Source: Anthoceros angustus (Eukaryota > Plantae > Anthocerotophyta). Taken from it: a stretch of 64,000 bases of DNA. The stretch is taken from NCBI GenBank assembly GCA_010909165.1, contig MU008166.1, positions 1,550,001 to 1,614,000 on the forward strand, read 5' to 3'. Positions 1-13,187 of the stretch are shown in pieces. Below the pieces are notes generated by a model that saw only the letters and a program-made list of their open reading frames with translations, was not told the origin of the DNA and did not search any database. Position numbers and translations under genes: made by a program. Position 1 is the stretch's first letter. Each line of letters opens with the position of its first letter.

Positions 1-497
1 CATCGCCTTCCACACTAAGCAAGTGAGTGCTCTGCGCCAACAAGTGCGACTGTTACAACATTTCTACACGGCACTAAAAGAACGTGCTTGCTTAAAGAGG
101 AGATAACCTCAGGAGCGTACTTGCTCTGTGCCTGAAGATCCATAATATGCGGCCCGAATGTGCTCCACTCCATCCTGCGCGTTGTCAACATCGTGGAAGT
201 CCAATTGCATGGAAGCAGATGTTCCGTTACTGCAGCTCAGGTGTGAGGCCATCTGCCGAGGACTGTGACCATCCGTCAGCGCATTCCCCGAAGCCCTGTT
301 AGGTCATCGAGCACAACAGAGCAACGGCTCCCGGTGAGTCAGCTGCAGATCCTGCACGCTCGTCCTCCTGGCTTGCGTCCTCGTGCGAGAGACTGCTCCG
401 TGAAGATCTTCAAGAGTAACGGAGAATATCCCGCATCTGCTGAGAGGCCAACATCCTCTCTCATGCTTCCAGCGTCTCTTTCGAGACAGCAAAGCAG

Positions 498-1528
498 CTA
501 AGGGTGTATAGAAGGCTTGGTTGCCGGAGAGGCAGGAGGCCCTAGCGAGCTCGGCACAGGCATCGGCTCTCTGGCGGCGTACGGGCCCATGGGAACCGTA
601 GGCGACGGAAGCATAGGCGAGCCGATGGCCACCACCGGCTGCCCGATCACCGTCGACTGCCCTGTAATAGGCCCCTGCTGCTGCATCATGGCGTCTCCAT
701 TCGCCACGCTGGTGATGTCGTGAATACTGGTCCTCTTCCTCTCCTTGTTGATCGAGTTCAACCGAATGAAATACTTCTGCGCATGGCTCGCAACCTGCGT
801 CGGCGTCCGGGACAGCACAAAGTTCCTCGATATATTCCTCCAATCTCCCTTCCCATACTTGTTCAACCCTAGCAGGAACAACCTGCTCAAACAAACACGG
901 CAAGCAACACCAACACCAGCAGCTCATCAGACACATCCATCCATAGCACCAAAGTTGTCCCTCCCGCAGAGACCGGATCACACATATCAACTTCCACGCA
1001 CCGGTGCTCCTCCTCGCTCCAAGGAATGCCCTTGCGCCGCTCCTGCTCCGCGCTCTTCAAGCTCGGAGGCGGCTTGGGACTGCCTCCCACGATCCCCGCG
1101 GCCCCGGCCGGCTGCGAGGCCGCGAACCCGGGGCTCTTGTTGTTCTTGCTCCTCCCCTTGGGATCCACCGCGCCCGCCGCGGCCGCGGAATAGCTAGGGA
1201 TTGCAATCCTGCCCGCGGTGATGCTCTTCACATCCTCCACCAGCAAATCGTAGTGGCGCCGAATCTCCGCCGCGTCCTTCCCCGGCACCATCCCCGCCAC
1301 CTTCTCCCACCTCCCCTGCGTCCCCTCGCCATGCACGGTGAGCGCCTTCTCGAACAGCTTGTCCAGCTCCAGCGTCCACAGGCTGCTGCTCCTCTCCGCC
1401 TTCTCCACCCCGGCCGCCCCCGCCCCCGCGACGGCGGCAGGAGCAGGGGCCGCGCCGGAGGCAGGCGCCATACACATTGCGGTGGTGGCGCTGCTGGACA
1501 CAGCCGGCGCGGGAGAGCAGGCCGCCAT
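498..1528 (-). CDS. DIV: DIVARICATA-like (R-R type, SHAQKYF) MYB transcription factor; exons 1528-1002 and 882-498
   Basis: The N-terminal SANT/MYB reads [13 protein letters not shown]...[12 protein letters not shown]...HYDLLVEDV...AGRIAIPSY. The second MYB reads [14 protein letters not shown]|[22 protein letters not shown]...VASHAQKYF, followed by [14 protein letters not shown] intron at 1001-883 joins the two ORFs in frame. Confidence 0.93.
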
Positions 1529-1590
1529 CGCGTCGCAGGAAGCTCCGGAGCGAGGGGTGGTAAAAGGCACTTGCACAGTGTGCCACGCTC

Positions 1591-1598
1591 TTTTTATA
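1591..1598 (-). promoter_or_regulatory. TATA box of the MYB gene
   Basis: TATAAAAA on the minus strand ~65 bp upstream of the ATG at 1528. Confidence 0.6.
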
Positions 1599-2139
1599 CC
1601 CTCCCAAAATTCGAGACGTTACCAAAACCCATTGCACTATTTTCGCCTAATCCACATATCCATTCCCTATAACATCCCTTTTCACCCTCATACTGTGCAT
1701 AACATAAGACGTGGGCCCTTTTTGCGCGGCCTGTGTGTGGCCGTGGGGGTACTTTGCCGGAAATATCTACAAGCCGGGCCGTTTCCTCTAGCAACACCCG
1801 GATTGGCGAGTCCGGCTACGTCTTTCCAAGCGCTGCACTTTCTGACTTGTTAGTCAAAGGAGATGCCAATTGACAATTCTCTTTTATAATTAAATTTTAT
1901 CAATCAAATATTTTCTCATTCGCCAGGATTGCTGGCCGAGGTCCAGGAAGAAAGGAGGGGCACCCACCCATATATGCCCTCTTTAATCTATTGCTCGGAC
2001 ATATGCATAGGAACATGGGTAAAGGACGATGGGGGCGACCGACCATTCCAGAAAACCACCACCACACATTCAACGATTATTGTTTATAGTTAATCAAGAG
2101 CTATTTTCAAATTGCCGCATATCTTTATGTTACTTAGTA

Positions 2140-2247
2140 CTCTTGCTTGTTCCAATTTGTTTTTGTTTATCATGAAGGCTCCACACCCCTTCCCTCTTGC
2201 TTGTTCCAATTTGTTTTTGTTGATCTTAAAGGCTCCACACCCCTTCC
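2140..2247. repeat. 54-bp tandem duplication (2 copies)
   Basis: ctcttgcttgttccaatttgtttttgtt...aaggctccacaccccttcc starts at 2140 and again at 2194. Confidence 0.85.
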
Positions 2248-2959
2248 TCAAAGGGTCTCGTTGTGGGAAGCCCAATTATCTAAGGTTCTCTTCTCCTTTC
2301 TTGGAAAATACGATTATTTTTTTTCGAGAACACCAGCGACAAAGAAATTAAACAAGCATCTTCCCTAGCATAGAATGAAAATACGAAGGATGATAAGGTC
2401 CCCGGATCATCAATGATCGAATTGAGATCCGAGTTCAACATCACTTGAAAATGCCACACAATTGAAATGATATGATGAGAGGCTCGAATGGGTGACTGAT
2501 CAGCCAAATTTGAGAGACTCGTCCATGAAGGCTAATTGATCTCTATTATTACACTAATTGTCCTTGAGCGAAAACATGGGAGTGTCGAGCAGCGATGTTG
2601 TCGAGGGTGGTCAGTAAGATGTGGAAGATGCCTTGTGCCGTGATAGGCAGTGACATGTCACATAAGTACGTTAATTAATTAATTCATTGATTAATTAATC
2701 AATCAATTAGGACTCTCATTTCAAACTCTCATGAAATATACTCCACACAAACATGGAAAACAGATGTTGTTCATTCAGCTGTAGGCATACTCGCACATAG
2801 CATTCAGCATTCTTCAACACGTGTTGTGTAGCCTCGCTACTACACACATTGCCCAAGTTTGTCTGTGCTCAATCCACGCCACTCTTGTCGCAACCTACGA
2901 CTTATTGGGCAGATGCAGGTAAGCCTTCTCCTGCTCATATCTTACAACGAGCCAGCCGG

Positions 2960-3350
2960 CCCCACATTCGGCTTGATGCTTGACTGGATACAATCCATGA
3001 TTCTAAAACATCTCCTGGTTCCATACTCTTAGCTTACCTTTCGGTTCTTCATCCACAATGTAGACAGTCTCCATATCAATAAGAATCCATGTATCATTTA
3101 CATATATATAATGTTCCCCCACTTGTCATCGCGGCAGACCAAGCCTTTGCCATGCAAGGCCTTCAAAGCTAAAAGCACTCCCTTCACCGCTGCAGTCAAC
3201 TCTGTTCCTGTAGACCTTATATAAACTCCCTCATAACACACCGTCACTATGTACACACCGTCTTCAACTATCGGATTTCGTAGTTTGAGCCCTGCTACTT
3301 TACTAAGGTGGTCGTTTGAAATCTGGTATACTCGCTTCACATAATCAAAA
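2960..3350 (-). pseudogene. Decayed atypical protein kinase fragment (Crinkler/CR-kinase-like signature)
   Basis: GVLLALKALHGKGLVCRDDKWGNIIY continues, after a 2-nt slip in a (TA)n run, as VNDTWILIDME. This matches a degenerate HRDxxWxN catalytic loop plus an IDxE (DFG-equivalent) motif. An in-frame stop follows. Confidence 0.55.
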
Positions 3351-4869
3351 TGTCAAGTGACCCTTCTTCTTATGGGCAATAGAGCAGCAGCTTGCAAAGG
3401 GAGTTGAGCTTCCTTGAATGTGTGGTGAAATCCATAAGGTTCAGGATTGATTACATTCGCATACTCTATTTTTTTCTCGCGACTGTTGGGTCGACTCCGA
3501 AATATTCGCTTAACCTAGCCTATTTTCCACTTCCACTTATATATGTTGAAAGTGGTATTAATACCACTTATAATCTTTGTTAAAATTTCATCTATTTGGA
3601 ACAACCAACTATGCATACATTCATTCATGACCCCTATTTAACAGCCTTCCATATGTTCATTTCCAATTTTGCAGGTCTACTAGACACAGCTACAAATCCA
3701 CCTGGCGCTGTTATAGATCCATAGGAAAGGCCATTAAAATCTTTACACTTATGCGTGACGATACTGGAGGCATAATGGATCATATGGTACAAGCATAACT
3801 TAGATGTCCTATGTTTGTGGAGTATGTAATAAATAGATGTGGAGGCTCCCTATAAGACACCTTACATGTTTACATACATATCAAGACTAATAGCGACAAG
3901 CAATATGCTAAGGATTTGGCTATGGAAAGCTTACATTCAAAAAAAAAATCTTTCATTACAGTAGACCTATGATCAATTGAGCTCCAAGTGAAGAAGACCA
4001 ATTTCAAGAAAGAAATTTGTTTGGGTGGTACTCCAAGGCCTAATTCAAGATTTTTCTTCAAGCACGATGGATTATGGTTAGAAAGACAAGTGACCAGTTT
4101 TACCAGTTTTCATGGGTTTTAAAACGAAAGAGCGAAGGCCCACACAAAGGTCGGTGAGATTCTTGAAATTGAAAGTCCTCTTCACCATTGTGTTTGCTTT
4201 AAAAAAATGGGGTATAGTTACATAAATGTACACGATGGAGAACAAGGAAAGTATAAAAAAAAATTGGTGGAGGATATAACTCAAAATTTTATGATCTCCT
4301 TCCTCATATGAAACACGAGGTAATGTCTCACGTAAACTTAGGGGACATTCATATAGAATAGGTACATGTTAACCAAGGGCGTTTATTAAAGTTTACAAGG
4401 TACCATAACAGAGATGCGAAAGGACATTTGAGCACAAATTCAAAAATAGCGAATGAGAGGCAGATCATGCGGACTTTCTGCAAATAATAGGGAGCACAAA
4501 TTGTGAAACACAAAGTTGGTTAAGAGATTCTTTTAGGGGTGGATGATGCAGCCAAAGAGTTGCGAAAACTTTTTAATGTCGTGTTCAATGCACCGTCAAA
4601 AGAATATGATATAAGCCTGAGACAATTGACTCGGCTGACTAGAAATTTTGTGCCAAAAATCATGAATTGAGTCAGGTTTGGGTATTTGGAGGATTGTTTT
4701 CCTTACCTATTTTCAGTGTAATTATCAATATTATCCCAATTATAAATTATATAAAGAATTCAAAATTTTGTTTTCATCTACAAAGCCCTCTATGTATATG
4801 CCACTCCATTGACGACTCTATAGGTTTGTCACAAAATAATTACACTTGCAAAACTCTTTGCTCGTAAGT

Positions 4870-5118
4870 AAAGAAGGATCAAGATTCTCTGCTCATAAAC
4901 AAAGCCTCTCAGACAAATAAGTATGTTCCGAAGACAAAGAAGGATCAAGATCCTCTCTGAGGTTCATAGATTAAGCCTCTCAGACAAATAAGTATGTTCC
5001 GAAGACAAAGAAGGATCAAAATTCTCTCAGAGGTTCATAGATTAAGCCTCTTAGACAAAGAAGTATATTACAAAGACAAAGAAGGATTTAGATTCTCCGC
5101 TCATCGACAAAGCCTCCT
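4870..5118. repeat. ~70-bp minisatellite, ~3.5 degenerate copies
   Basis: Recurring aaagaaggatcaagat...aagcctctcagacaaataagtatgttccgaagac with no unique spacers. Confidence 0.85.
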
Positions 5119-6935
5119 TGGAAAGAAATATGTTACGATTTTCTTTTTTTTTTTGCTTGTGCAAGTCTGGATGGTTAGCCATAAGAGTTTATGACTCTTT
5201 GAATAAATGTTTTGGAGGTCACGAGGCTCTGGTTGGGAATGAGCATACTCCGCTTGGTTGCACCGCTCTGCCCCAATCCTAATTAGGATAAGATTTTTTA
5301 ACCCCATAAGGACAATGCCACTCAAAATGAGTTTTTGAGTGCGTTTTTGACACTTTTCGAACAAAAGTTATATGATACTAGTTCAGCACAATGCTGCCTT
5401 CTATGTGAAATTCTCTATTCTATCTCCAAGTAATTTTTATTAAAAACATTCTAACATTATGACCCAAAAACATCAATGAAACTTTGATCGAAATGCCTTA
5501 CCCATCGGTGTAGTTTAGAAGCGGGTGCTCATACCGAGTTCCATCGATCTTCAAGTTCTGCGTTCGAAGGCTCGTGTGCCGAACTTAAAGCGTCCACACA
5601 CAACGGTGTGGCGCGGGCCAGGCTGTAGTTAGATGTGTGGTTAGTTTGGTTCGGCTGGCTGGAAGTTGTCAAGGCAAGAAAATCATTTAGGCTTGATTTG
5701 GATAGGCTTGCAATCAAACTCAGGCATGGGGTTCTTCTTCCCCTTACCTCTACTGGAAGGTGTAGGAGGCACTGGCCTCCTACCCACCCCTTGGGTGGGT
5801 GTACCTTCACCATTGGTCCTCACAATCTTCACCACCTGCGTAGGTTGAACACAAACAAGGATAGCAGTTGGAGAGGGAGAAAAGCAAGCTATCAGACTAA
5901 GGAAGGGATTGAGCAAAAGATAGAGACGAGGACGGGCCAACAAGCAAGGAAATTTCCTTGTGCCCCACAGCGCCTACTGCTCTCGCACAACCACCAAGGG
6001 ATGGATGGCCCTTAGCCCCTCAAGCTCCACTTCAGCACCTTGTTTTTCCATGATGAACGGCCCCTTAGTTTTTTGTGTGGTCATTGGGCCGGGTGTGACT
6101 ATCTTGAAGATATGCTGGACAAATTTTTTTCAATCAGCTATTTTGGTAAACCATGGATTTTGATACCTTGACATGGAGGGGGATGGAAAGAATTGCATCC
6201 CACTATGTGCTCTATACTCAATCAAATGGGCAGTGGGAGGGTGCGTTAGAAAGGTCTTGTCCTGATCTACTAGCTCTAAGTTTTTTGGAAAAATAAAAAA
6301 TCTTTATAATAGTGGAAACTATAGAAAATTTGGTCTCTGCAAGAAAGCCATTTTCAACCTCGTCCTTCTGGGGTTAAGTGAAAATTTTTTTAATTGATTT
6401 TTTGTATTTTGTATTTTATTCAGAAGTAGCCCTAAAGGATATTTAGTTTTTGGGAACAAGGTCTATTTCAGTGAATTTTTGTGTCGTGCATTTCATTGAG
6501 AAGTAGCCCCGTAGGGCTCTTACAACTAGCGGGCCCTTGGGGCTAGGAAACAAGGGATGAATAACACCCCATCCTAGTAGTGATGCTTGACTATTGAGTT
6601 TTAATGGAGTCATATTTGCATGTCACTCCTTACCTAGGACAAATTGCTTGTCCATATGGGTCTTGGCTACGACAACTTCTTGCTGGTTCTACTATTGTCC
6701 AAGCGATATAAGGTTATCCAATGTACAAGGTTGTCCATCCCCTTGGCAATCACAATCAAAACCTCAAAGCACTTGTGTCAAATGTATTTTTCCCCTATCC
6801 TTGAAAGAAAGAAGAAAAGAAGAAGAAGAAAGGCTCAAGCATGTTGACTAGGGACCTTTTATGTACATAGTAATATAATAATATGAACTAACCTGCATGA
6901 TGAATGCGGTTATAAAGACAAGTATTAGGTCTCGA

Positions 6936-7034
6936 AACGGTGCAGCGCGACGAGGGCATCATCCTGGGGCCATAGGACCGTATTTTACCGTTGCCCGCCA
7001 AACGCATTCAAACGTGGCTCCAGCTGCATTCAAA
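6936..7034. promoter_or_regulatory. Putative G2/M promoter module: 2 MSA cores (AACGG) and 2 CHR-like TTTGAA
   Basis: AACGG at 6936-6940, CCGTT at 6988-6992, TTCAAA at 7007-7012 and 7029-7034, upstream of the gene at 7538. A probable 5'UTR intron donor lies at ~7207. Confidence 0.4.
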
Positions 7035-7431
7035 TTCCCAATGGCCTGGGGCCCCGGGTATATGATCATGCCCTTTGCCAGCCTTATCGTACCACACTGC
7101 TCTTTCCTGTGTGTGTGTGTCTGTCTGGGAGGAGGCGCGTTGTGGGTGGTAGAGTAGCGTCTTGTTGCTTGCTTGTGCCTGTTTTGAAGCACTGTGTTCC
7201 GTCAGGTAAGTTATCCTCCTCGCTGGGTCGCACTTGCCCGTTCCTTTGCATCTCTTTGTTGCCAGCATTCCCCTGTCCACTTCTCGTTGTCGGGCGCTAC
7301 CCCTGTCTCCCGCTTGCCTTAGATGAAACAGTCTTTGGTGTCCAGAATCCAGTCCCTGCTCTGCGGTTGTGGGTTCGAGGGGCTGCAGGAGGTTATGCTG
7401 TTGGAGGACGGCGCTCCCAAGAGCAACTCGC

Positions 7432-7481
7432 AGAGTAGGGTAGAGTAGGGTAGAGTAGAGTAGGGCAGAGTAGAGTAGAGA
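7432..7481 (+). repeat. (TAGAG/TAGGG)n pentanucleotide microsatellite
   Basis: agagtagggtagagtagggtagagtagagtagggcagagtagagtagaga. Confidence 0.85.
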
Positions 7482-7537
7482 GGAGAGATTGGGTGGTGCT
7501 GGTCCAGTGTCAGGGCGGCGCACGCAGGTTAGCCACC

Positions 7538-10500
7538 ATGGGCAGGAGCTCCATTGCGGCGGAGACCAACTTCCACGAGCTGCCGCGCCGCCGGCTGCAG
7601 CAGCTCGCGAAGAAGCATGGAATCCCTGCGAACAAGACCAATGCAGCGATGGCGGACGCGCTGGGGGAACTGTACAGAGTAAATGCTTGTTTTCTGGATT
7701 TTGGGTTCATCTTTGCTTTTGTGGGTGGATGGATGGATGGTTGCAACATTGTGGCGATTTAGGGTTGTGGGTGGAGGCGACTGATCGTTGATCGGTCTTT
7801 GCAGAGTGGGAATCTTCCGCCTCCCAGTCCGTACAGGACCCCACGCCCACGCCGCAATGCCAGAAAGCCTGAACCAGGAGTGCCTGAGTGCGATGAGACT
7901 GACCTGGATGCGGATCCCAGTGATTCCCAGCTGGGTTCCCAGCTTGCAACCCCTTCCACCTCGGTTTGCAATGTCAGCTCCCACGTGGGTTGGATGGGAC
8001 GTGGGCAGGATGTGATGTCGACTCCTTGCAGCAAGGCTGTGTTGAAGGAGGCTGTCAATGTGCAGGAAGGTGAGGAGGATTGTACAGCCTCTTCCGGAGT
8101 GAAGCCCCGACTGGAGCATGTGAAGGATGTTGAAGTTCATGGTAGTGCAGTAGAGGAATCCGGGTCTTTGAACCAGAATGCATCTGAGCAAGACTCCACA
8201 GGTGAGCAGACACTGCAACACGAAATTTTCAAGGCAGAGGGATGCAGGGAAGAGTTGTCAGCCTCCAGTGAGGATCGAATTGTGTCGGATGAAGTTCAAG
8301 TTGCACTACCCACTATCCCTGAGATTTCATCAGACCCAGAATTGGACGCTGCTAGTGTAGAGGAAAGTGTTCCCATGGATAATGTTGTTGACGATTGCCA
8401 CCCTTGTGACGCAGATAAGGTAAAGGCACCAACTCTTCCGTCTCGATGTCTGTTTCCAGCTGGATGTTGTTTCTAGGGTTCATGTTAATTCGCCAGTTTG
8501 TGCGTTTGGTTTGATGATTCAGGAGGATGTCCCTGGCTTTCCAGTGGACAGCGTTGAAGAATGCCAGACTGAGCTGTTGCACGCTGTGAGCTTGCACACT
8601 AGTGCCCTGGGAGATGTTTCTATGAGTTTGGATCTCATTTCTCCTACGGTACATGATCCAGCGGCAAAACCTCTGGAAGAACATGACATCAGCGTCAGAG
8701 AACAGGAGCCATCGGAGGAAATAGAGGGGCTCTTCGACAACGCGTCGATCGTCCAGGAATGCAGTATTGCTGAACATAAAAGGGTCGAGCAAGAGTCTCT
8801 CCCTGCCTTCAACCTTGTGCCCTGCGATTCTGATGCTCAGCCAAGAGGTTTCTCTGCCGAGATCTTGGCGGCATTAGCTCGTCTGCCAACGGTGAACAAC
8901 TCTAGTGAAGGTCAGTGTCTAGCATTGTCGCTCCAGCAATCATCAAATCAGTGTGCTTCAGACAACTCACTTTTCTCTTTTGTCAAATCAGGTCAGGAGT
9001 CCACAAGCACCTTGTTCAAAGTTTTCGTCAAGGATCAAGGTGAAGATGGTCATGCACAGGAGGGCCCGCAGCGTACGGTGGGAAGCATGGCTCCTGCAGA
9101 CTGCCCAGAGGCTAAGAATAACCAGACAGACGATGTAGAGCAGCCTTCTGATTCGAACAGAGGTTCTCAGTCTGTGGAGATCACTTCTGATGCGATTCTG
9201 GAGTCAGGTCTGGACAGATCAAAGAGAGAAGCTGTCGAAGGACCTCAGCTGTCAAATGGCATGATTCAAACTTCAGCTGACGGGTTGTCTGCGCGGGTTC
9301 TCTGCCCAGAGACTTTTGATCCGGCTTTGGAAGTCAGGATTTCTGAGCCTCCTGTTATGTTCACAGAAACTGCCCCTGAGGATTCGGATGAGGACGGCGC
9401 TATGGATGAGTCGACAGAGTTGACTGGAAGTCGAGGCGATGCACCAGTGGATCAGAAGAGCTCTCCTCCTCATAATGGTTCTAATGTAGAGATTATCGGC
9501 AATCAGACTGCAACTGATGAACTGATTTTGCGACGAGTCCCTGCAGAGGCTGTTGATGCAGCGTTGGATGTCATGATGGCGTCTCCGGATGTTGTCAGGA
9601 GGTCGGCTCTTGTCACAGACTGTGTTATGGAGGAAGCAATGGACCTCCATGCAAGTGGAAGTGCTCCCCAGGCGGATCAGAGTATTGAATTGCAGGAAGC
9701 TCCGGCCCTGGAAATCGGGGAATCTAATCAACTATTTAATCAGGACAGTGTAATGGAGGAGGAAGTAGACCTGCATGGAAGTGAAAGTGCTGCCCTGGCA
9801 GATAAAAGTTCTCAGTTGCAGAAAGCTCCTGTTATGGAAATTGGGGATCCTAATCAACTGTTTAATGATGCTTCTGATCACGAATCAGAGTTAGCCAGTC
9901 CACCAGATGAATGCAACTCAGATGAAGGTGCTTCATCGCCGGAAGCTGCTGCAGAGTCCCCAGATAGGCCTCAAAGTGTGGAAGACGACAACACTCCTTC
10001 GAGCCCCGCTCACGAAATGGTAATTGCCTTTGCGGTCTCCATTGCCGGGTATTGGAGTGATCGTGTTTAAGCCGATCTAATGTTCGTGGCATCATCGGGT
10101 GTTGTCATTTTCAGGAAATAGAACAGCCTCCTCTTCAGGTTGAAAGGTATTCTTCTGATCTTCAAGAACTCTCTCTGTGTGAGTTCTCACTCCTGCTGTT
10201 GTACTGACGTTTTTGTCTATACCGTGCAGCAATTCGGAACCAGCTAAAGACACCATGAGTTCTGCTCAGCCTTCTCAGACAGTGCCACAGCGCAAGAATG
10301 ACTACAAGAAAACGCCTTTCCAGCATGAGCAGCCACAGTCACTGCGTTCTCTACAGAAAGCGATCAAACAGAAGAAAGCTCTGAGAGAAGATCTTATAGC
10401 AAAGAAGAGAAGTGAACCTGCGAGGGAATTCGGGACGGCACTGCGTGTGAATGGAGAATCTGTGATTCCGTGCTCTGAGACTGGATCTGCTGGAGTTCAC

Positions 10501-11197
10501 AGGACTGGAGACGTCAAAGCCGTTCTGGCCAGCTCTCCTGTTCCACCTGTGGCCGTGTACAGAGAGCTTGTGGACGTCGCAACTACTGATGAGCCTCCAA
10601 GTGCTGAGGAACAACCGATGGAAGATGCGTTGCCTGCATCCGTCGCAGCTGTCTCCCGAGAGCCGGTGCGTATCGTGAGTAGTAAGCAGAAGGCTTCAAA
10701 GCATTTGATCAAGTTCTTTGGCAGAAGGCAATACTTGGAGAGAACAATGGAGGCTACTGCGAGGAAAAGACTAGAGGAGAAGGAGAAGCATTTGTCTATC
10801 GCCGCTCGAGATTTCGTTCCCATTACTGCGGATAAAGAGAACGTTGAAGGTCGCTCTGCTAGTGTCAAGATTACTGACAAGCTCAAGAAACACCAGGAGG
10901 GCTACAAAACTCCCATCACTGGTAAATCCAAGGAGAAGTCCAGGATTACTACCAAGAAACTCTCTCAGAGCATGCGTCGGCAGGTTCTCAATGAGAAGAG
11001 AGGAATGCCTGTGAACAATGCAGTTTCTCCCACGTCCTCGGAGGTAAGGTCACTAACTTCTTCCAGATTTTTCCTCACGCCTTCTCCAGGGGATATGATC
11101 TCTTTCCTTCCAATTTGTGTTCTAACGCCAGGCTCCTTGTTTTTGTGCTCAGGATGTACAGCCTCCGCCTTCAGCACACCTGGAAATCATGCAATGA
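7538..11197 (+). CDS. Large acidic, disordered protein with an N-terminal SAP-like motif (resembles the Arabidopsis AT5G17160/AT3G03130 family); exons 7538-7678, 7805-8419, 8523-10019, 10115-10146, 10230-11043, 11153-11197
   Basis: The N-terminus is NFHELPRRRLQQLAKKHGIPANKTNAAMADAL, with an internal SLRSLQKAIK motif. All five GT-AG introns keep the reading frame, including a 32-nt microexon. The family assignment is from recall of the N-terminal motif. Confidence 0.75.
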
Positions 11198-11863
11198 TAA
11201 AAATGCCTGTTCCACCATGTAGACCAGTGAATGGCCAACAAGTCTGGATAGCCATTAGTCCAGATTCTGTGTGGGGTACGATATGTGAACTGTTATCGTT
11301 TGCGAATATTAGGGGCAGAGAGATAAATTCTTTCACTGGTAATAATTATCCCGTAGCTCTTGCCTCAGGACGTGCTCCTGGATCATCTAGCATGGGATGT
11401 TGTCAGGATAGAAACTCACGATCCAACAAGAGGTGAATCATTCGACCTTGAATTGTCAACTTCCCGGAATCATGCATCTGCAAAATAAAATCAAGTGTTT
11501 CTATCCCGTTCAAGTGTTTCATTGTAAGGAAATTGTTGCAAAATGTGCGTTGCCAAATGCTCTAATATTTTATTAGCAGAAATATTGAGAATATGTAGTC
11601 ACCCCCTAAACAATGTGTTTCTGTGGATACTGGGAAAATAGTCGAAGAATGCAGTTACCACTAGCTAGATCTTTTGTCTTCGGGGCTCGAGAAGCCTGTT
11701 TGACAAGTGCCATACCCAGTGATTCGAAGACTCCGCCTAATACATAGCCTGAGTCAAGCTGTAATGCTTGACAGATGATCCGATCGAGCACATTCATGAT
11801 GTGTAACTTAACGAAAAGAGTCAACAATTACTATATGGTCCTGTTCGGTCCTTCGTCTTCTGG

Positions 11864-12060
11864 ACTCTAGAATCCTACCTGACTAACAGACAGAGCACAT
11901 CCGCTTGCTGGTGCAGCGGAAGCTCCTTCGGCCTTTCACAAAATAGAAAATGCTCCAAGCACTCTAGAATGCTACCTGACTGACCGAAAGAGAAAAATCC
12001 TCTTGCTGGTGAGGCGGAAGCGCCTCCGACCTTCTACATCATACAAAATTCTCCAGGACA
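11864..12060. repeat. ~97-bp diverged tandem duplication downstream of SmB
   Basis: actctagaat(c/g)ctacctgact...cttgctggtg...gcggaagc occurs twice, at ~11864 and ~11961. Confidence 0.75.
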
Positions 12061-12272
12061 CTTGTCAAATAAAACACTTCGTCGAAGAAACCTCTTGACA
12101 GTCTGAACGTCCTCCGGCTCTGCTATGTTGAGGTGAGAATTTGCGAGAACTCCTCTTGTACGTTCCAGTGTCATCGTTCCTTCGAATGAAATATGCTTCC
12201 CACACCCATCTCAAAGTTGAGATGATACCATCAACCAACCCCCCAATAGTGCGTGTTTGATATGCTGAAGAC

Positions 12273-13187
12273 CTAGTGCTGAGGAGGCTGTTGAGAAGGA
12301 GGCGGCATGCCGGGCCTAGGAGCATACATCTGAGGGGGTCCTGGAGGCATGCCAGGCCTGGGAGGGCCCCCAGGAGCACCGGGTGGAGGCATACCAGGTC
12401 GAGGGCCACCCATCGGAGGAGGGCCTGGACGCATCATTTGAGGAGGCATTGGTCTCTGTCCGTAAGGGGGCATACCTGGGCCACCCATCTGCATCGCACC
12501 TGGAGGAGGAGGACCTGGAGGCATTCCAGGCCTCGGAGGCGCATACCCAGGTGGCGGCCCGCCTTGCATCATCTGTCCCGGAGGCCCCGGTGGCCTCATG
12601 CCAGGTGGTGGAGGACCTGGTGGCATGCTTCTTGGAGGACCGCCCGGGTATCCCTGGGGCGGAGGACCGGGAGGCCGCACTCCGGGAATGGGAGGTCCGG
12701 GTGCAGGATAAGTGACAGGGGCGGCAGACACCTGCGGAACTGGAGGTCTGTTGAGCTGTGGCTGCATCATCCCAGGAGCTGGTCCTCCTACTCCTCTTAC
12801 CGGACCTGCAAGCCCAGGCTGCGCCTGCCCCAAAGGAGCCGTAGGAATACCTCGCCCAGCAGCCCGCCCTATGCCAGGGCCCGCCTGCGCCGCTGCTGTG
12901 GACTTCGACCTGGACTCTTCCTGCGGGGGTGGCCCCTCAACCGTCATGGAAACAACTTCCTCTCCCCGTAGAAGCAACAAACCCAAAGTCCTGCGCTCCT
13001 CTCGCTCCTCCTGAACCTTGCCCTTCTTGGGGGGGAGTCTCCTAAACTCCTCACAGTCCCCCAGAACCAAGTTCATATGTCTGTCGAAGGCCATGAACTT
13101 CCCAACCAGCTGCCTGCCATCCTGAATTGTCACCCTCATCCTGTAATTGATGTACTGCAAGAGCTTGGAACTCTTGGACATCGACAT
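12273..13187 (-). CDS. SmB: Small nuclear ribonucleoprotein Sm B/B'
   Basis: Sm fold [49 protein letters not shown]...[23 protein letters not shown], then GRAAGRG and a Pro/Gly/Met-rich tail. The CDS is intronless, with a probable 5'UTR intron (~13496-13225). Confidence 0.97.
   Translation of the reverse strand: MSMSKSSKLLQYINYRMRVTIQDGRQLVGKFMAFDRHMNLVLGDCEEFRRLPPKKGKVQEEREERRTLGLLLLRGEEVVSMTVEGPPPQEESRSKSTAAAQAGPGIGRAAGRGIPTAPLGQAQPGLAGPVRGVGGPAPGMMQPQLNRPPVPQVSAAPVTYPAPGPPIPGVRPPGPPPQGYPGGPPRSMPPGPPPPGMRPPGPPGQMMQGGPPPGYAPPRPGMPPGPPPPGAMQMGGPGMPPYGQRPMPPQMMRPGPPPMGGPRPGMPPPGAPGGPPRPGMPPGPPQMYAPRPGMPPPSQQPPQH

Noticed and set aside
1004-1853. Plus-strand ORFs opposite the MYB exon
   Set aside because: They are antisense shadows of a GC-rich CDS with no recognisable domains.
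4870-5118. Possible CRISPR-like array
   Set aside because: Whole units repeat with no unique spacers, there are no cas genes, and the context is eukaryotic. It is a minisatellite.
6527-6580. Helitron 3' end (hairpin plus CTAG)
   Set aside because: The stem is weak, the spacing is atypical, and no 5' TC end or Rep/helicase remnant was identified.
12276-13014. Long plus-strand ORFs opposite SmB
   Set aside because: They are antisense shadows of GC-rich Pro/Gly codons.
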